DNA of 64,000 bases from an uncultured virus (IMG/VR IMGVR_UViG_3300023094_000010). Its lineage: Duplodnaviria; Heunggongvirae; Uroviricota; Caudoviricetes. The stretch lies in IMG/VR virus record IMGVR_UViG_3300023094_000010; one strand, given 5' to 3'. The notes beneath the pieces were generated by a model. The model did not search any database, was not told where the DNA came from, and worked only from the letters and a program-made list of their open reading frames with translations. This document shows, in pieces, positions 56,887-64,000 of this stretch. The position numbers and the translations under genes are program-made. Within the stretch, counting starts at the first letter, position 1. Each line of letters opens with the position of its first letter.

Positions 56887-57437
56887 AACACTCCATCGAA
56901 ATCCTCCCGTGCGGGAGCTACTGCCTCGCCCGTCCCGATCACACGCCGTATTCACTCGGTGAATACCAACTCCTCCTGAAGTGCGTCGACCCCGAGGCCG
57001 AACGCCTCCTCGACAACATACTCGACTCCACCGATCACGAAGGCGACGCCGACAAAAAAAACGTCGACACCTTCGAGGCCTACAAGCAGGCAAGGGCGCT
57101 GCTGCCCGAGACACTCAAAGAGCTTGAATTGCTCCGCGATAAAAACTTGGAGCTGCATGCTAAAATCGCCGGCCTCAACATCGGCCGACTTGATTTGGAA
57201 AAACTACGCGCCGAAGAAGCAGACGGCCTAAACGCCGAGATCGAATCCCTCCGCGCCACGGTCGCGTCGCAGGATAAAAAGATCACTTCGCTGATTCAAA
57301 CCGGGCGACCCCTCAGGACTGGATATGAAAAGTTGCTGTCCCTCTCTTCGGTGCAGCCGGGAGCGCCAAACCCATCCATCACCGCCTACGACGAAGCTGT
57401 TCAATCATGCACACGCCGCCCCCTCTCACCCTCATAG
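56883..57437 (+). CDS. Coiled-coil hypothetical protein
   Basis: GTGA-coupled start, heptad-rich. Confidence 0.5.
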   Translation: MKHSIEILPCGSYCLARPDHTPYSLGEYQLLLKCVDPEAERLLDNILDSTDHEGDADKKNVDTFEAYKQARALLPETLKELELLRDKNLELHAKIAGLNIGRLDLEKLRAEEADGLNAEIESLRATVASQDKKITSLIQTGRPLRTGYEKLLSLSSVQPGAPNPSITAYDEAVQSCTRRPLSPS

Positions 57438-57706
57438 ACGGCCCCGACTGCTACCATCTCGCAGGGTGGGAGGACCGAAAACACTGGGCACGCTTCAACG
57501 ACGCCCTGTGGTCCCACATCTTTTCGCAAGGCTTCCATCACGGTATCCAAGAAATCGATACATTGAAGATTTTGGCTGACGCTCAGGCGGCCGAGATTGT
57601 GCGCCTGCGTGCGGCGCTTAAAGACGCAGAACTCACGCGTCCCTTCCAAATTACGGTGCCCGCAGATTTTAGTTTAAAAACGCTTGACGGGGCCAAGCCT
57701 CTCTGA
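57407..57706 (+). CDS. Hypothetical protein
   Basis: 99 aa in + strand run. Confidence 0.45.
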   Translation: MHTPPPLTLIDGPDCYHLAGWEDRKHWARFNDALWSHIFSQGFHHGIQEIDTLKILADAQAAEIVRLRAALKDAELTRPFQITVPADFSLKTLDGAKPL

Positions 57707-57719
57707 ATTACTTCATGCC

Positions 57720-57893
57720 ATGACCTCTTTCTCTAAACTTTCCTCCACTGCCCAAGACCTGATCATCGATGCTCTCATGGGAAAATTCGACGAGAGCGGA
57801 CCTCCTGAAATGTCCCCGGAAGTGCGAGCAGAGCTCGAAGCTTGGAGCATCACCGACGGCACCCACGACGCTTTTACCCACTCCCATGATTGA
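57720..57893 (+). CDS. Hypothetical protein
   Basis: 57 aa in + strand run. Confidence 0.4.
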   Translation: MTSFSKLSSTAQDLIIDALMGKFDESGPPEMSPEVRAELEAWSITDGTHDAFTHSHD

Positions 57894-58065
57894 CCTTCTC
57901 CTCTGCATCCTCTTCACCCCCGTCGTTCTGGCCTATCAGGCTTGGATCGACCGGGGCGGCGAAAACAACGAACACGACTAAAGCCGTGTGGTTTTTCCTT
58001 CTCGTCGTCTTCATCCTCTGGTGCCTGATGGAAGAGCCTCCATCCGACCCCAACCCGTCCTGACC

Positions 58066-58443
58066 ATGGCCGACTTCAACACCACATCCACGCACAAAGC
58101 CCGTGTCGCCCGCACGTGCTACGAGACCGGCGAGATTATTGCCGCCGGGGACCGTTACACCCGCTTCGCCGGCACCCACGAGGGCGACTTCTACTGCATC
58201 TGCATGAAGACGGAGGTCGCTGAGATTTTTAATCGCCTCAACTCCGAGTCGTGGAAAACCAACAAGGAAGGAATTGTCTTCGGGGGTCTGATCGATTACA
58301 TCTACGACAGCCTGAACGAATCCTCCACGCCGCAACAAATGGCCGACGCCAAAGCCATTCACATGCTGTCGGGCCGCAAGCACGCTTGGATGTTCGAGCG
58401 CATCGCCGACGTCGAGGCAGTATCCAATTTACCAGTACAATGA
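58066..58443 (+). CDS. Hypothetical protein
   Basis: HKARVARTCYETGEII.AGDRY motif. Confidence 0.55.
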   Translation: MADFNTTSTHKARVARTCYETGEIIAAGDRYTRFAGTHEGDFYCICMKTEVAEIFNRLNSESWKTNKEGIVFGGLIDYIYDSLNESSTPQQMADAKAIHMLSGRKHAWMFERIADVEAVSNLPVQ

Positions 58444-58718
58444 GAAAGAAAAAGAAACTGCGGAAATCTCTGCCCAAAACGGGCCGTTTTTATTCTTTGT
58501 GGGAGCGTCAGACTCGACGACACAAATGGAGGAACACCCATTGTTTTGTGTGGGTCACTAATTGCGTCCCGGCAACCCGGGACGACCCTAAACACCTGCA
58601 CGCCGAAATTTCCTACCAGACTTCGAACAGTGGAGGACCGTCTCGCACGGGCTGGGCTGTTTGCTACCTCTCTGACTACCGCCAATTGCGCACCCCGATC
58701 TTCGATTCGCCGCTCTAA
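58440..58718 (+). CDS. Hypothetical protein
   Basis: ATGA-coupled, 92 aa. Confidence 0.45.
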   Translation: MRKKKKLRKSLPKTGRFYSLWERQTRRHKWRNTHCFVWVTNCVPATRDDPKHLHAEISYQTSNSGGPSRTGWAVCYLSDYRQLRTPIFDSPL

Positions 58719-58744
58719 TTTTCGCTAGCCAATCCAAAAAACAC

Positions 58745-59461
58745 ATGAGTAACATCACTGATCCCCGGGCCAAGTTCTGGGGTAAATTCGCCAAGTTCGC
58801 CGCCCTCGGGGTAGGCTGCTTTTTCATCGCCCCGTTCGTCTGGATCGCCATCGGCGGTCTTCTCGGCCTCGTCTGCTTCGGCGGCATCGTCGGCACCCTC
58901 TGGTTCACCAAGGACTGGATCGCGGGTGTCGCCGCCAACGCCCGCCTGAAGCTCATCAAACACGAGGCGGCGTCCAATCCCGTCGAGACCTTGCAGGCTG
59001 AATCCCTGCGCCAGTCCAAGGTGCTGGAGGAACGCAAGGTCGCTCTGGAGACCCTCAGCGGTGCTATTCGGTCGCTCGACCAAGCCATCGACGAGTTGCA
59101 ATCCGAGTTTCCCGACTCCCCTGAATTGCCGCAGATGCGCTCCGACCAAGCAGAACTTGACGCCCTGCTGAAATCGCGCACCGAAAGCTGGACCGCAGCC
59201 TACGTGCAGCTCGGCGAATTCGACCGCGAAGTCGTGCGTGTCGGCAAGCTGTGGGACGTGTCCCTGAAGGCCGCCAAGGCCCGCGGCGCGTCGGGCCTGA
59301 CCGAAGGCGAGTGGGTGGCCAAACTCCAGACGTCCACGGCCATTTCCTCCATCCGCAACAACCTGAACACGCAGCTCTCAGCCCTGAGCGTCGAGCGCAT
59401 GCAGGTTGAGGCCGATCGAATCCTGAAGGGCAAGTCCGTCAAAACCGCCCTTCCCGCCTAA
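58745..59461 (+). CDS. Membrane-anchored coiled-coil protein
   Basis: Two N-terminal TM helices then long coiled coil. Confidence 0.6.
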   Translation: MSNITDPRAKFWGKFAKFAALGVGCFFIAPFVWIAIGGLLGLVCFGGIVGTLWFTKDWIAGVAANARLKLIKHEAASNPVETLQAESLRQSKVLEERKVALETLSGAIRSLDQAIDELQSEFPDSPELPQMRSDQAELDALLKSRTESWTAAYVQLGEFDREVVRVGKLWDVSLKAAKARGASGLTEGEWVAKLQTSTAISSIRNNLNTQLSALSVERMQVEADRILKGKSVKTALPA

Positions 59462-59465
59462 TCCA

Positions 59466-59759
59466 ATGACCACTCGTACCAAGAAAAAACTGCTCGTCGC
59501 CGCGGCGGCGCTCTTCATTGAAGTTGCACCTCGGGGATCGCTAACACCCACGGTCACGTGGCAGGCCCTCAGTCGCGCTGTCAGCAATGCTTATCCCCAA
59601 CGGGGTCCTTCGGATCGTTATCAGATGGCATACGATCTACTCCGGGATTTCCGCAGCATGTTCACAACAGACCCCGCGTTCGGCGTACCTCAATGGCCGT
59701 ACGGAGACCGCGAAACGCGTTGTCTCGCCCTTCTTTTTCTCGCACACTCCCTCGAATAA
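59466..59759 (+). CDS. Hypothetical protein
   Basis: 97 aa; C-terminal R..ALLFL shared with 61855-62169. Confidence 0.5.
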   Translation: MTTRTKKKLLVAAAALFIEVAPRGSLTPTVTWQALSRAVSNAYPQRGPSDRYQMAYDLLRDFRSMFTTDPAFGVPQWPYGDRETRCLALLFLAHSLE

Positions 59760-59770
59760 ATTTTCCTCCT

Positions 59771-60874
59771 ATGAAAAACATGCTCCGTTCCCTCGCCCTC
59801 CTCTGCGTCCTCGCCTTCACGGCAGCACACGCCCAGCAGCCCGCCGCCTCGCCGCCGGCTCCCGACGCCGCCTTCATCAAAGGTGATTTGTCGATCCAGT
59901 TCAACACCCGCACCCAACTCGACGGAGGAAAGCCCCGTGAAGGCGTGGCCGACAAGTACAAGCTCAAGCTGAACGTCTCCAACAGCGTCGTTTTCGACGG
60001 CACCATCGAGAGCCTGCCCAACATCAAGGGCATGGTCAGCCTGAACCAGCCCGGCCGCCTGACGCATTCCATCGAGTGCCTCGTCGTGAACCCGCGTAAT
60101 CCGTCCCAGACCCGCAACATCGGCCGCCTCTTCGGCACCGTCCCCGTCGACACTGAAAACGTCTACCGCTTCGAGGACGGCAATCTCAAGATCGGTGTCT
60201 TCGGCGTCGGCAACGCGCAACCATTCGAGAGCCGTGTCCGCGGCTTGGCCCTCGGCAAACCGACGTCCTCCGGCGAAGGCTTTTTCGCAAAGATGAAAAA
60301 AGAGGCGATGCAAATCACCAAGTCGGTCGGCGGGAAAAACGTCGCCATCGCGGTGACTAAATACGATCGCATGGAATTCGTGAACCACGTGCTCTCCGCC
60401 GGCCCTGTCATGGTTTATCCCGAAGTGACAGTCTCCGGCACGACGATCTATGACTACGACCGCACCGCGTGGTATTTGAACGGCGTCACGGTTTCGTACT
60501 CCATGGAAGACGCCCGTGGCCTGCGCGTGGCTGTGCAAGACCGACTGTCGGGCAACATCCGCTGGGTTGAGGCCGCTGATCGCGGTCGGTCCGGCCTCGG
60601 CGAGTACCAATTTGATGTGCGCGTCAACGAGCCTGCAGCCTCGGAGGCTTCGATATTTGCAGGAGCCGCAACCGAGGCCGACTTCTTCGCCACGGATGCC
60701 TTGAACCCGAGCCTCACCGGCACGATGAAGTACAAGGACTCGATCCAGAACGACGTCGTGTCGTCCTCGCAGGTCTCTGTTGATCTCACCGGCAACAAGC
60801 TCACCAAACAGCAGGTGATGTACCTAGCCAAACTGCTGCTCATGTCCTCCATCGTTCCCCTCAACGCCGAATAA
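59771..60874 (+). CDS. Secreted beta-rich protein
   Basis: Signal peptide MKNMLRSLALLCVLAFTAAHA-QQ; 367 aa. Confidence 0.7.
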   Translation: MKNMLRSLALLCVLAFTAAHAQQPAASPPAPDAAFIKGDLSIQFNTRTQLDGGKPREGVADKYKLKLNVSNSVVFDGTIESLPNIKGMVSLNQPGRLTHSIECLVVNPRNPSQTRNIGRLFGTVPVDTENVYRFEDGNLKIGVFGVGNAQPFESRVRGLALGKPTSSGEGFFAKMKKEAMQITKSVGGKNVAIAVTKYDRMEFVNHVLSAGPVMVYPEVTVSGTTIYDYDRTAWYLNGVTVSYSMEDARGLRVAVQDRLSGNIRWVEAADRGRSGLGEYQFDVRVNEPAASEASIFAGAATEADFFATDALNPSLTGTMKYKDSIQNDVVSSSQVSVDLTGNKLTKQQVMYLAKLLLMSSIVPLNAE

Positions 60875-60875
60875 C

Positions 60876-61208
60876 ATGAGCAGCATCGAAGTCACCCAAA
60901 CCATCAAGCTGACCATCCGTGGCGTCCCCGTGGAGCTCAGCAAGGACGAGGCCACCGAACTGCGCGACGCCCTCGCTGCACTGCTCGGCGACCCGAAGCA
61001 GGACGACCGTTACGAAGCGATCCGCAAGAAGATCGACCAGATACGAGACAAGAGCGTCGATCGCATCCCGTTCCCGATCATCCCGACGACGCCCCCGCGC
61101 ACCCTCCCGTGGCCACCGCCTCGAGACGACTCCGGCAAATGGCCCTACCAGTACCGGGAAATCTGGTGCAGCGCCGACGCCAACCTACGGATGGCGATTG
61201 GTCCATAA
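60876..61208 (+). CDS. Hypothetical protein
   Basis: 110 aa; VELSKDEATELRDAL, Pro-rich tail. Confidence 0.55.
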   Translation: MSSIEVTQTIKLTIRGVPVELSKDEATELRDALAALLGDPKQDDRYEAIRKKIDQIRDKSVDRIPFPIIPTTPPRTLPWPPPRDDSGKWPYQYREIWCSADANLRMAIGP

Positions 61209-61212
61209 CCTC

Positions 61213-61243
61213 AAGGGCCGACCAATCTGGTCGGCCCTTTTTT
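61213..61243 (+). terminator. Rho-independent terminator
   Basis: AAGGGCCGACCA-ATC-TGGTCGGCCCTT plus T run. Confidence 0.88.
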
Positions 61244-61249
61244 GTATCC

Positions 61250-61447
61250 ATGAAAAAACTACTCGCAATCCTCTGCCTCGCCACGGCCGGCTGCTCCACC
61301 ACCCGTCAAGTCCACGACGTACCGAAGGGCGTTGTATCCGGAAGTGGATACGACTACGAATTGTTCGAACGACCCGACGGCTCTCGGTATATCAGGAACG
61401 AAGCCGGCAAGGTGATGGACGTCGCCGAGTCCGGGACTTTAAAATAG
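61250..61447 (+). CDS. Small lipoprotein
   Basis: MKKLLAILCLATAGC lipobox. Confidence 0.65.
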   Translation: MKKLLAILCLATAGCSTTRQVHDVPKGVVSGSGYDYELFERPDGSRYIRNEAGKVMDVAESGTLK

Positions 61448-61460
61448 TTGAAGAAAGTTG

Positions 61461-61492
61461 TTGACCGCCCTGCGCGAGTCGTTTCTTCTCGG
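61461..61492 (+). promoter_or_regulatory. TTGAC-N22-CTCGG early motif, copy 2
   Basis: 4 nt before ATG 61497; shares AGTTGTTGAC with copy 1. Confidence 0.6.
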
Positions 61493-61496
61493 TCCC

Positions 61497-61850
61497 ATGA
61501 GCCTTACCTCCATTCAAATCACAGCTGCCGTCGCATTCGATTCGGCCCTCGCCTCCGGGTACTCCGAGATCGAGGCCGTGCGTTACGTCTGGAAATTCCT
61601 GCGTCGTGCCGAGCTCAAGAATCTTCGCGCTCCCGACGCCTTCGAGCAACTGCACGTCAACACCGGATGCCGGAAATCCTACGTCAGCCCAATCGCTGCC
61701 GCCCTCGACCTCCCCTTTGCCGACGGCAACCGCGTCTTCGGCCACCACTCCTCCAAATACCCCCGCACCGGGCGAAGCTTTTCTGAGTCGATCTCGGCCC
61801 AAAACGACGTTCTCTCGTGGTTCCGCTCGCAGTCCAAACTAGCCGCCTAA
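61497..61850 (+). CDS. Hypothetical protein
   Basis: 117 aa after early motif. Confidence 0.55.
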   Translation: MSLTSIQITAAVAFDSALASGYSEIEAVRYVWKFLRRAELKNLRAPDAFEQLHVNTGCRKSYVSPIAAALDLPFADGNRVFGHHSSKYPRTGRSFSESISAQNDVLSWFRSQSKLAA

Positions 61851-61854
61851 TTCT

Positions 61855-62169
61855 ATGACCTCCTCCATCCGCACCAAACTCCGCGCCATCCTCCTGCTCG
61901 CTGCCGAGCGCATCGACCACCGCCCCGTCGCGTTGGTCCAAGATCGGATTGACCCCGTCCTCGGGGCCGGCAACAATTACATCGAGACCGCCTGCGATCA
62001 AGCCGCTCTCTACCTGCACCACGACTTCGCCGAGGCCCGTCCGCTGTTCCGCATGCTCGTCGAGCTGACCGGCGTCCAAGGAGCCGAGGACCCCGACTTT
62101 ACCGAGGGTTGGACCCTCGAAGACCGCGTGCTTTTTCTGCTCCTCCTCCGCGAATCCCTCCGCACGTGA
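61855..62169 (+). CDS. Hypothetical protein
   Basis: 104 aa; C-terminal RVLFLLLL. Confidence 0.55.
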   Translation: MTSSIRTKLRAILLLAAERIDHRPVALVQDRIDPVLGAGNNYIETACDQAALYLHHDFAEARPLFRMLVELTGVQGAEDPDFTEGWTLEDRVLFLLLLRESLRT

Positions 62170-62591
62170 GACCGATCAATCGCCAATCCGCCATCGTCAC
62201 GAGCCCGGGCGTGCGCCACGTCCCGGAGCCGCCTACGACCCTTCACTGGAATCACTGCCCGGCCATCACGACGACGCGACTCGTCGAGCACGACTTCACC
62301 GGCATGCGCTGCGGTTCGCTCTTCGTGAAGGGTGTCTACGCCGGCGACACTCAAGTCCGCTGGGTCGTGCGCTGCACCTGCGGCCGCTACGAACTCCGCA
62401 CCTCGAAGGCCCTGAGATCCTCGGGCAATAAAGCATGCCAGAGCTGTTCCAAAAGCGGCTCGGTGGTGCCGCTGCCCCACGAAACCGATCGCTGGGCTCG
62501 TTTCAAGGCTCAGAGTCCTGACGGCTTCGCGCATCCGAGCGACAGAAAAAAGCACCTCATCCACACACCTTTCATCTCCCGACAAAAATGA
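62166..62591 (+). CDS. Zn-ribbon-containing protein
   Basis: DFTGMRCGSLFV...WVVRCTCG...CQSC. Confidence 0.55.
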   Translation: MRPINRQSAIVTSPGVRHVPEPPTTLHWNHCPAITTTRLVEHDFTGMRCGSLFVKGVYAGDTQVRWVVRCTCGRYELRTSKALRSSGNKACQSCSKSGSVVPLPHETDRWARFKAQSPDGFAHPSDRKKHLIHTPFISRQK

Positions 62592-62791
62592 AACTCACCC
62601 GCACCAGAATCCTCGGGCGCTACAAAAACCCTCAAACCGGCCGCCCCGTAAATGTTCATAAAGGCACCCGCGTGGACCGCAGCACCGACCACCTGTTTTT
62701 CATCCGCAGCGGCCTGCGGATATTCATTAATGATGGCGAGTTCTATTCGAAGTGGACAAAGATCCATCGGGCTGGCGTATCCATCCTGTGA
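62588..62791 (+). CDS. Hypothetical protein
   Basis: 67 aa, ATGA-coupled. Confidence 0.5.
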   Translation: MKLTRTRILGRYKNPQTGRPVNVHKGTRVDRSTDHLFFIRSGLRIFINDGEFYSKWTKIHRAGVSIL

Positions 62792-62940
62792 ATACCCCTC
62801 GCGTACGCCACATCGCTGGCATGTCAATTCCTGATGACGGCGCTGTCAGCCCCCTGAAGGATGAATCGTTTCGAGCCTTGGCGGCACAGCGGGCTTCATC
62901 CTCTCCGGATGCGAGGCTGAAAGAATCTGAGAAAAAACCC

Positions 62941-62972
62941 TTGACCCCGTCGCACGATTTTCTTTTGCTCGG
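62941..62972 (+). promoter_or_regulatory. TTGAC-N22-CTCGG early motif, copy 3
   Basis: A-tract upstream, 3 nt before ATG 62976. Confidence 0.6.
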
Positions 62973-62975
62973 CTC

Positions 62976-63266
62976 ATGACCCCCCTCCCTGCAAACGCCG
63001 AGCGAAACGACTCCCTGTGGACCTCCCGCTGCCCAGCCAAGGCTGGAACTTTCCGATGGTCCAAAGACCGGAAATGGGAGTACGTCACCCGCGTGGTCAC
63101 GCAGCAGGACGACGGCACACTCGTTTGCTGGTCCCATAAGCTCGAAAATTACGTCCCGGTCGCTTGGGTCGAGGGTCGTTGGCTGATTGAGGACCTCGTC
63201 GCCCAGAACGCCCTGCCGGCCCCCAAAAACTCCTGTGTCGCCCGTCGCTCCATCTTCCGCAAATGA
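62976..63266 (+). CDS. Hypothetical protein
   Basis: 96 aa Trp-rich. Confidence 0.5.
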   Translation: MTPLPANAERNDSLWTSRCPAKAGTFRWSKDRKWEYVTRVVTQQDDGTLVCWSHKLENYVPVAWVEGRWLIEDLVAQNALPAPKNSCVARRSIFRK

Positions 63267-63691
63267 AACCTCACTTCGACCTCCACCCGCTCCGATCCAT
63301 CGACTGGGAGACCCTCCATCTCTCGAACCGCATGGGAAAAACAGACGCTGCCCGTCGCATGCTCGCACTCCATCAACAGCCCGTGCGCCTCGGCCGGTGG
63401 CAGCGCCTCAAGGACTGGTTGTCCTCCAATGTAAAAGCCTGTAAGGGTTGGAGGCTCGGCCGCTGCTATGGCATGAGCCGCCGGCCGCTGGGCGATCGAG
63501 ACCTTGGAACTGAAACAGATGGAGTATGCCCGCCGATGAAAACCACGTTAATTTCAAAGCTCCATCTATCTGCGGCCACTGCAACGCTTGGACTGGCAAT
63601 CATCCCGCCGATCGACTGGGTGATCACAGGTTCTTTCATCCTTATGGCCCTCTGTTCGTTCGTAAACTGGGACGCGACCCGACAATCGTGA
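63263..63691 (+). CDS. Hypothetical protein with C-terminal TM segments (internal start possible at 63536)
   Basis: ATGA-coupled; hydrophobic C-terminus. Confidence 0.4.
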   Translation: MKPHFDLHPLRSIDWETLHLSNRMGKTDAARRMLALHQQPVRLGRWQRLKDWLSSNVKACKGWRLGRCYGMSRRPLGDRDLGTETDGVCPPMKTTLISKLHLSAATATLGLAIIPPIDWVITGSFILMALCSFVNWDATRQS

Positions 63692-64000
63692 AACTCTACC
63701 GCTACCACCTCAACTGGGACCGCACGTCCCTGACCCGCGAAGAATTCGAGGTCGTGAAGACCACGCCCTGCGGTGTCTGGATCACCGATGATCGCTTCAA
63801 ACCGCGTTTCATCAACCTCCAACGCCGCAAGCAATGGGCCAACAAGACGCCTGAGGAGGCGCTGGAGGCGTTCAAGGCCCGCAAGCGCCGGCAGATAAAG
63901 ATCCTGTTTTCCCAGCTGCTGGAGGCCAAGAAAGCCCTCGCAGTGGCCGAGGGTACGAGCCTTGCCGTGTTGCAGCTCCCTGAATCGTCCTCCTTCGAAA
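63688..64000 (+). CDS. Hypothetical phage protein, truncated by window end
   Basis: GTGA-coupled; EEFEVVKTTPCGVWI...EALEAFKARK, open to the end. Confidence 0.55.
   Translation, partial: MKLYRYHLNWDRTSLTREEFEVVKTTPCGVWITDDRFKPRFINLQRRKQWANKTPEEALEAFKARKRRQIKILFSQLLEAKKALAVAEGTSLAVLQLPESSSFE

Noticed and set aside
1..64000. Prophage status or alternative genetic code
   Set aside because: No integrase, att site or host genes seen; genes pack tightly under code 11 with all three stop codons in use.

Overview
The window is most or all of a GC-rich tailed dsDNA bacteriophage genome (podovirus-like layout; no tape-measure gene, integrase, CRISPR or reverse transcriptase seen). It has three arms. 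(1) A + strand late arm (1-34086): terminase, two signal-peptide-bearing fibre-like proteins, a dense ncRNA island (tmRNA, tRNA-Trp/Gly/Glu, several tRNA-like CCA-ended units and a ~750-nt hairpin-packed RNA I cannot name), portal, scaffold, two glycosyltransferase-like genes, an HNH, major capsid, tail and ejection proteins, and a 2324-aa modular protein. (2) A - strand replication arm (34083-50077): SF2 helicase, HNHs, sigma factor, primase-helicase, family A DNA polymerase, SSB-like protein, Cas4-like nuclease, WcbI/GT-like genes. (3) A + strand early arm (50144-64000): second sigma factor, phosphatase, broken Pif1 helicase and many small genes. The main observations are the giant structured RNA with palindromic loops, an exact 9-mer (GTAGACTCT) in front of nine late genes, a TTGAC-N22-CTCGG early motif, a folded capsid leader, and short AT-ending codon patches in conserved genes next to homing endonucleases. 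All protein calls come from motifs and gene order read by eye; no database searches were run.
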